NCBI GenBank assembly: GCA_964492595.1
Contig: CAZBKY010000013.1
Coordinates: 1 to 17,856, forward strand
Length of the DNA stretch: 17,856 bases
DNA from: an uncultured Muribaculaceae bacterium
Lineage (GTDB): Bacteria > Bacillota_I > Bacilli_A > RF39 > UBA660
Direction: 5' to 3'
Shown here: positions 8,735 through 14,928 of the stretch, in pieces
Layout: each line of letters starts with the position of its first letter
Position numbering within the stretch: the first letter of the stretch is position 1
Program-made: the position numbers and the translations under genes
Notes under the pieces: model-generated
The model's input: only the letters and a program-made list of their open reading frames with translations
Told to the model about the DNA's origin: nothing
Databases searched by the model: none

Positions 8735-8868
8735 AACACAACCGACCGAAACGAAATGTTGCTGTTGGCACTACCGTTGTTGTTGTTCAAATTGAAGCCA
8801 CCCGCACCCACACCGTTGCTATAGTTACCACCTCGGTTGAACCACGGATTGGACGCATTTACAAAATA
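8735..8868 (-). repeat. DGR template repeat, copy 1 (TR1), 134 nt
   Basis: It aligns without gaps to 9056..9189. All 16 mismatches are T on the plus strand (A on the minus/coding strand) in the TR versus C/G/A in the VR. Read in the VR frame, the TR encodes YFVNASNPWFNRGGNYSNGVGAGGFNLNNNNGSANSNISFRSVV, with 12 AAY codons and, by my count, 32 adenines. It lies outside any ORF with a start codon. Confidence 0.92.
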
Positions 8869-8928
8869 TCTTTTACAGCTTAATCCCTATCTATTTAACA
8901 CCGAAGTGTATAGACCTTTTTAATTTTT

Positions 8929-8962
8929 ATACGAGTCCCCAAAAAAGTGTGGGGACTCGTAT
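8929..8962 (-). other. GC-rich 13-bp stem-loop between VR1 and TR1
   Basis: atacgagtcccca-[8 nt]-tggggactcgtat is a perfect stem. It is not followed by a U-tract on the minus (sense) strand. It is duplicated at 12717..12750. Confidence 0.6.
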
Positions 8963-9030
8963 GTTTTCACTTCTTTATTTTTATATGCTATTGTAATTCT
9001 ATGTACTTTTTTCCCTGATTTTAGAGTAAT

Positions 9031-9050
9031 ATTAGGCATAAATGCCTAAT
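9031..9050 (-). promoter_or_regulatory. Perfect palindrome/hairpin immediately 3' of VR1, overlapping the target stop codon (candidate DGR homing hairpin/cruciform)
   Basis: attaggcat-aa-atgcctaat is a 9+9-nt inverted repeat that starts 5 nt beyond the end of VR/TR homology. The TAG stop (9046-9048) lies inside it. It is absent downstream of the TR. It is duplicated at 12819..12838. Confidence 0.55.
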
Positions 9051-10992
9051 AAGTCAACACAACCGACCGAAACGAAACGCTGCCGCTGGCACTACCGTTG
9101 CTGTAGTACAAACTGAAGCCACCCGCACCCACACCGCGGCTATAGAAACCACCTCGGTAGAACCACGGAGCGGACGCACTTACAAAATAATTGAAATCTT
9201 TGTACCACGAATTTGTTTCTCCCAGAGCCTCTCCTAAATAACTTGTTTTACTTTGCCATCCTGATGAAGTATATAATTTGTAATATTTAGTGTTTGGATA
9301 ATCTAATCCAGTTATATTACTTGTTATACCTGAATCACATCCTGTATAACTTGGATTACCATATAATCCTTTGAATCCACTATCATATATATTGCATAAT
9401 CCTGAATATTTATCATTTGTGGCATTAGTATATACGCTCATTTGATATTCGTATGCTCCTCCAGACATATCAAATATACCCGTTATATTTCCTGTTGTGC
9501 TCTGGGGATATGATGAAGCTGCTCCATATGTTATTTCACAGCTTGAAGTAGCTGCCAGATTATCAGCACTTGCTCCACATCCTGTTTTATAACCCGAATT
9601 ATTGTTTATTCTTATTTCTGTGTTTATTCCATATACCGAGTGTGATAGGTAGGCTATTGCTCCCCATTCCGCATTTGTACTCATTTTACTTTCTGCCCTT
9701 AACCCGTATGCTGCATTTGATGAGAATTTTTGTGATGTAGCAAATTCTGTTGATACATTTTGACTTTTCCATGAAGTTATATTTGGTTTTACTGTTGGAT
9801 TTGCTGTTCCTACATTTGCGGCTGTTCCCTGTGTTGTTTCAAATTTTCCAACCCATATTCCATTTACTTCTCTTCCTCCATATGTAAATGCAGGATGGGT
9901 TAACTCACTTCCATTTGTTGTACCACTGCTTTTTGCTGTAACTGAATTTTCAAATGTTATTTCTATGCTCCTTGGACAATTTGCCGTACAGTTTGGGGTT
10001 GTCCATGTACCAGAGTTTGCTTCACATGTTGTTTGTGAATAATATGATGCATTTGAGCATCCTCCTGTATATGTTGAAGCAGTACCCGCTACATTCCATA
10101 ATGTGTATCTATATCTTGGTATCCATACTAAATATGCCAATATATCAGCTTCACTTACTGTTACATTATAGTTTGTTTGATAATATGCTCTACTATTTGT
10201 TCCGCTTTCTTTTACCAACACAACATTTGCCCATGACCCTGATGCATAACTATACCATGTACTATTTGGATTTGCTGTTGTTACTGTTCCGTTATTTGCT
10301 ATTGTTACTGGTATCATTCCTTCACTTATTCTTGGATATGCTCCATTTAATATACTCTCTTTATATAGGTTTGTTGTATATGATTTCCAACTTGATGTCT
10401 CCTCATTCCATGTTCTTACTCCCTCACCCTGTGCTATATCCACTTGCAATACCCCACTAAATACTTTTCCCTGTACTGCATTTTGATCTTTATGTATTTC
10501 TTTTAGTTCTATCTTAAAAGTATATGTATGTTTATCTTTTCCATTTAATATTCCATTATCACTTAATACATTGTTTCCTGTTTTTATTGGCACTGTTACA
10601 TCTGTCAAATTTATTATTGTTCCTCCATTTGTACTTGTACCACTTAGACTATACACAAACGCATCTTCACTTAGTGGAGTTATTTCATTTGTTGTTACAT
10701 TCAAAAATATTGCATATGATATTTGATCTTGGGCTGCTTCTGCTGCATTTTCTATTGTAAATGTTTTTGTTATACTCCATCCAGGGTATACTTTTGTTAC
10801 ATTTATTTCACTTCCATCTAAAAACACTATATTTCCTAAATTAACTGTTGTCACTATTACACTCGATGCTGTATCATTGCCTGTTACATTTATACTGAAA
10901 TATGCCACACTTACTGCAAAAAGTGCAGATAGTAACGCCGCTATCAACAATATTGTCATCAAACTTGAATGTCCTCTTTGCTTAATTTTCAT
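9046..10992 (-). CDS. DGR target protein, copy 1: secreted protein with a TasA/camelysin-like (SipW-type) N-terminal signal and beta-sandwich region and a C-terminal C-type-lectin/FGE-like variable domain
   Basis: The N-terminus MKIKQRGHSSLMTILLIAALLSALFAVSVAYFS... has the AYFS motif typical of SipW-cognate signals, followed by a TasA-like segment (VTKVYPGWSITKTFTIEN). The C-terminus has FGE/CLec-like motifs (MSTNAEWGAIAYLS; PWFYRGGFYSRGVGAGGFSLYYSN...SFRSVV). The VR occupies the last ~45 codons. Confidence 0.85.
   Translation of the reverse strand: MKIKQRGHSSLMTILLIAALLSALFAVSVAYFSINVTGNDTASSVIVTTVNLGNIVFLDGSEINVTKVYPGWSITKTFTIENAAEAAQDQISYAIFLNVTTNEITPLSEDAFVYSLSGTSTNGGTIINLTDVTVPIKTGNNVLSDNGILNGKDKHTYTFKIELKEIHKDQNAVQGKVFSGVLQVDIAQGEGVRTWNEETSSWKSYTTNLYKESILNGAYPRISEGMIPVTIANNGTVTTANPNSTWYSYASGSWANVVLVKESGTNSRAYYQTNYNVTVSEADILAYLVWIPRYRYTLWNVAGTASTYTGGCSNASYYSQTTCEANSGTWTTPNCTANCPRSIEITFENSVTAKSSGTTNGSELTHPAFTYGGREVNGIWVGKFETTQGTAANVGTANPTVKPNITSWKSQNVSTEFATSQKFSSNAAYGLRAESKMSTNAEWGAIAYLSHSVYGINTEIRINNNSGYKTGCGASADNLAATSSCEITYGAASSYPQSTTGNITGIFDMSGGAYEYQMSVYTNATNDKYSGLCNIYDSGFKGLYGNPSYTGCDSGITSNITGLDYPNTKYYKLYTSSGWQSKTSYLGEALGETNSWYKDFNYFVSASAPWFYRGGFYSRGVGAGGFSLYYSNGSASGSVSFRSVVLTY
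9056..9189 (-). repeat. DGR variable repeat, copy 1 (VR1), 134 nt
   Basis: See TR1. It encodes YFVSASAPWFYRGGFYSRGVGAGGFSLYYSNGSASGSVSFRSVV. The 3'-terminal 22 nt on the coding strand (TTTCGTTTCGGTCGGTTGTGTT) contain no A, are identical to the TR, and resemble an IMH-like anchor. Confidence 0.92.
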
Positions 10993-11017
10993 AATATCCT
11001 TCTACTTTTATACCTAA

Positions 11018-11046
11018 ATACTACCATTTTTTGACATTTACTTCAA
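11018..11046 (-). promoter_or_regulatory. Candidate promoter for the target gene (copy 1; the equivalent is at 14806..14834)
   Basis: On the minus strand: TTGAAG, 17 nt, TAGTAT preceded by TG, ending ~25 nt upstream of the ATG (RBS GAAGGA). Specificity is low in AT-rich DNA. Confidence 0.3.
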
Positions 11047-11140
11047 GTAAATATTTAAGACTTGTAAGAATATATGATTTTTTTTGTAAGAATTTCATTA
11101 ATTCAAAAAAACGATAAAATTTATCATTATTTTTTCGACA

Positions 11141-12327
11141 TTATTTTAAAATCTCTATTTTATTTAATACCAATTGATATTTATTCAATCTTCTTTCAAC
11201 CTTGCAATAAGCATTTATAACTATCATTTTCCTTAATGAGTTATATATCTCTTTATAATAAATTGGGAATACTACTCCATCTATACATCCATATTCATCA
11301 CTTAGTTTTAAAAATGCCATTTTATCATTATTTTTAGTTTTTATTTCTTTAATACTCTCAATTAATAAAATCATTCTTACATTCTTATCAAAATATTTAC
11401 TTATATTTAATATATTTATATCTCTTTTATATTTTGTAACAGGATGATTAGAAAAATAAAATCCTAAGAGTTCACTTTCACTCTCTAATAAATATGAATC
11501 ATCATATTCATCAAATAAGATAATTTCAGGTATTATTACATTATAATCACCAAGTTCCTGACATAATAAAGAATAATTTATTATTTCTTCTAAATTTTCT
11601 ATTAATGTTTTTTTATTATAATTAAATTTATCGAAAGCTCCTATCAATACCAAAGATTCCAATACTTTTTTATTAACTGCATTATTATAACACCTTACAG
11701 AAAAATCTAAAAAATCTTTAAAAATTTCATTATTCCTTTCCTTTAAAATCCTTTTTATTGCAATATCTCCTACATTTTTAACAATACCAAGAGGCAAAAT
11801 GATTTTATTGTTTTTATTGTAATATATATCTGCACTTTCATTTATATCTATCTCACCGAAATTTAAACCAAGTATTTTTGACTCATCTATATACTCTTTT
11901 GTCTTATTTCCCCTACCAATTTCCTTATTTAACAGATTAATCATAAATATATCTTTATAATTTGCCTTTAAATAGGCCATCTGATAACCAACCATAGCGT
12001 AAGCAACTGAATGAGATTTATTAAATCCATAGTTTGCGAATTTAATTATCAGATTATAAACTTCATTAATATCATTTTTATTAAATCCAAGTTTTAAACT
12101 TCTTTTTTCAAAATTAGTCCTTTCTTTTAATAATACTACTTCATCTTTACTTTTAATTGCTGATCTTATGATGTCAGCTTCAGCATACGTATAACCCGCC
12201 ATTACATTTAATATTTCAAGGAGCTGTTCTTGATAGATGATTATGCCTAAAGTATCTTTTAAAATACCTTCTAATTCTTTAACAGGATAAGTAACACTCT
12301 CTTTTCCTTCTCTTCTTCTTAGATAAG
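11141..12327 (-). pseudogene. 5'-truncated duplicate of dnaE (the C-terminal ~395 codons, created by the tandem duplication)
   Basis: It is identical to 14929..16115. The frame is closed by a TAA only a few codons upstream of the junction at 12327/12328. The first in-frame ATG is at 12202 (353 aa), and I see no obvious RBS there. Confidence 0.85.
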
Positions 12328-12522
12328 ATAGTTCATTTAATTACTACTGCCTTGCGTAAAGTTTCATTTTCATCATTTTACTACTCACATAACTTCACTA
12401 TCTATTTTTTTGTTCTTATTAAAGAACAGGAATTAAACTTCTACGATAAACATTACTTTATAATATCCTTAAATATTATAATTTGAATGAAGAATATTAT
12501 ATTCTTATATATAGTAGTCTTA

Positions 12523-12656
12523 AACACAACCGACCGAAACGAAATGTTGCTGTTGGCACTACCGTTGTTGTTGTTCAAATTGAAGCCACCCGCACCCACA
12601 CCGTTGCTATAGTTACCACCTCGGTTGAACCACGGATTGGACGCATTTACAAAATA
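12523..12656 (-). repeat. DGR template repeat, copy 2 (TR2)
   Basis: It is identical to TR1 (offset 3,788). It is followed by only 195 nt of the native TR-downstream spacer before the dnaE fragment begins. Confidence 0.9.
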
Positions 12657-12833
12657 TCTTTTACAGCTTAATCCCTATCTATTTAACACCGAAGTGTATA
12701 GACCTTTTTAATTTTTATACGAGTCCCCAAAAAAGTGTGGGGACTCGTATGTTTTCACTTCTTTATTTTTATATGCTATTGTAATTCTATGTACTTTTTT
12801 CCCTGATTTTAGAGTAATATTAGGCATAAATGC

Positions 12834-14780
12834 CTAATAAGTCAACACAACCGACCGAAACGAAACGCTGCCGCTGGCACTACCGTTGCTGTAGTACAAA
12901 CTGAAGCCACCCGCACCCACACCGCGGCTATAGAAACCACCTCGGTAGAACCACGGAGCGGACGCACTTACAAAATAATTGAAATCTTTGTACCACGAAT
13001 TTGTTTCTCCCAGAGCCTCTCCTAAATAACTTGTTTTACTTTGCCATCCTGATGAAGTATATAATTTGTAATATTTAGTGTTTGGATAATCTAATCCAGT
13101 TATATTACTTGTTATACCTGAATCACATCCTGTATAACTTGGATTACCATATAATCCTTTGAATCCACTATCATATATATTGCATAATCCTGAATATTTA
13201 TCATTTGTGGCATTAGTATATACGCTCATTTGATATTCGTATGCTCCTCCAGACATATCAAATATACCCGTTATATTTCCTGTTGTGCTCTGGGGATATG
13301 ATGAAGCTGCTCCATATGTTATTTCACAGCTTGAAGTAGCTGCCAGATTATCAGCACTTGCTCCACATCCTGTTTTATAACCCGAATTATTGTTTATTCT
13401 TATTTCTGTGTTTATTCCATATACCGAGTGTGATAGGTAGGCTATTGCTCCCCATTCCGCATTTGTACTCATTTTACTTTCTGCCCTTAACCCGTATGCT
13501 GCATTTGATGAGAATTTTTGTGATGTAGCAAATTCTGTTGATACATTTTGACTTTTCCATGAAGTTATATTTGGTTTTACTGTTGGATTTGCTGTTCCTA
13601 CATTTGCGGCTGTTCCCTGTGTTGTTTCAAATTTTCCAACCCATATTCCATTTACTTCTCTTCCTCCATATGTAAATGCAGGATGGGTTAACTCACTTCC
13701 ATTTGTTGTACCACTGCTTTTTGCTGTAACTGAATTTTCAAATGTTATTTCTATGCTCCTTGGACAATTTGCCGTACAGTTTGGGGTTGTCCATGTACCA
13801 GAGTTTGCTTCACATGTTGTTTGTGAATAATATGATGCATTTGAGCATCCTCCTGTATATGTTGAAGCAGTACCCGCTACATTCCATAATGTGTATCTAT
13901 ATCTTGGTATCCATACTAAATATGCCAATATATCAGCTTCACTTACTGTTACATTATAGTTTGTTTGATAATATGCTCTACTATTTGTTCCGCTTTCTTT
14001 TACCAACACAACATTTGCCCATGACCCTGATGCATAACTATACCATGTACTATTTGGATTTGCTGTTGTTACTGTTCCGTTATTTGCTATTGTTACTGGT
14101 ATCATTCCTTCACTTATTCTTGGATATGCTCCATTTAATATACTCTCTTTATATAGGTTTGTTGTATATGATTTCCAACTTGATGTCTCCTCATTCCATG
14201 TTCTTACTCCCTCACCCTGTGCTATATCCACTTGCAATACCCCACTAAATACTTTTCCCTGTACTGCATTTTGATCTTTATGTATTTCTTTTAGTTCTAT
14301 CTTAAAAGTATATGTATGTTTATCTTTTCCATTTAATATTCCATTATCACTTAATACATTGTTTCCTGTTTTTATTGGCACTGTTACATCTGTCAAATTT
14401 ATTATTGTTCCTCCATTTGTACTTGTACCACTTAGACTATACACAAACGCATCTTCACTTAGTGGAGTTATTTCATTTGTTGTTACATTCAAAAATATTG
14501 CATATGATATTTGATCTTGGGCTGCTTCTGCTGCATTTTCTATTGTAAATGTTTTTGTTATACTCCATCCAGGGTATACTTTTGTTACATTTATTTCACT
14601 TCCATCTAAAAACACTATATTTCCTAAATTAACTGTTGTCACTATTACACTCGATGCTGTATCATTGCCTGTTACATTTATACTGAAATATGCCACACTT
14701 ACTGCAAAAAGTGCAGATAGTAACGCCGCTATCAACAATATTGTCATCAAACTTGAATGTCCTCTTTGCTTAATTTTCAT
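12834..14780 (-). CDS. DGR target protein, copy 2 (identical 648-aa product)
   Basis: Its translation is identical to 9046..10992. Confidence 0.85.
   Translation of the reverse strand: MKIKQRGHSSLMTILLIAALLSALFAVSVAYFSINVTGNDTASSVIVTTVNLGNIVFLDGSEINVTKVYPGWSITKTFTIENAAEAAQDQISYAIFLNVTTNEITPLSEDAFVYSLSGTSTNGGTIINLTDVTVPIKTGNNVLSDNGILNGKDKHTYTFKIELKEIHKDQNAVQGKVFSGVLQVDIAQGEGVRTWNEETSSWKSYTTNLYKESILNGAYPRISEGMIPVTIANNGTVTTANPNSTWYSYASGSWANVVLVKESGTNSRAYYQTNYNVTVSEADILAYLVWIPRYRYTLWNVAGTASTYTGGCSNASYYSQTTCEANSGTWTTPNCTANCPRSIEITFENSVTAKSSGTTNGSELTHPAFTYGGREVNGIWVGKFETTQGTAANVGTANPTVKPNITSWKSQNVSTEFATSQKFSSNAAYGLRAESKMSTNAEWGAIAYLSHSVYGINTEIRINNNSGYKTGCGASADNLAATSSCEITYGAASSYPQSTTGNITGIFDMSGGAYEYQMSVYTNATNDKYSGLCNIYDSGFKGLYGNPSYTGCDSGITSNITGLDYPNTKYYKLYTSSGWQSKTSYLGEALGETNSWYKDFNYFVSASAPWFYRGGFYSRGVGAGGFSLYYSNGSASGSVSFRSVVLTY
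12844..12977 (-). repeat. DGR variable repeat, copy 2 (VR2)
   Basis: It is base-for-base identical to VR1, including all 16 substituted positions. Confidence 0.9.
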
Positions 14781-14928
14781 AATATCCTTCTACTTTTATA
14801 CCTAAATACTACCATTTTTTGACATTTACTTCAAGTAAATATTTAAGACTTGTAAGAATATATGATTTTTTTTGTAAGAATTTCATTAATTCAAAAAAAC
14901 GATAAAATTTATCATTATTTTTTCGACA

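Larger units (their letters stand above)
6741..10992 (-). mobile_element. Diversity-generating retroelement, core unit (target gene with VR, TR, mutS-like, avd, RT)
   Basis: This is the combination of the individual features below. A second TR plus target/VR copy lies at 12523..14780 because of the tandem duplication. Confidence 0.9.
8540..12327. repeat. Tandem duplication, unit 1 (3,788 bp)
   Basis: The offset is exactly 3,788. The ORF translations are identical (62, 648, 168, 78 and 353 aa). I spot-checked both boundaries and several intergenic stretches base by base and found no differences. The left boundary is a|a (8539 mismatches 12327, while 8540 = 12328). Confidence 0.9.

Noticed and set aside
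8695-8883. A 62-aa plus-strand ORF (with an identical copy at 12483..12671) rich in V/T
   Set aside because: It starts at a TTG and is simply the antisense reading of the template repeat. Its duplication is explained by the tandem duplication, not by a conserved gene.
9954-10760. Plus-strand ORFs of 168 and 78 aa (and their copies at 13742..14548) rich in Leu, His and Tyr
   Set aside because: These are shadow ORFs antisense to the target gene. Their composition is low-complexity, they have no RBS, and each lies entirely inside a much better-supported minus-strand CDS.
8735-12977. The four ~134-nt related repeats as a CRISPR-like or other interspersed repeat array
   Set aside because: The repeat length, spacing (321 nt and 3,788 nt) and coding location are wrong for CRISPR. 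They are fully explained as TR/VR pairs doubled by the tandem duplication.
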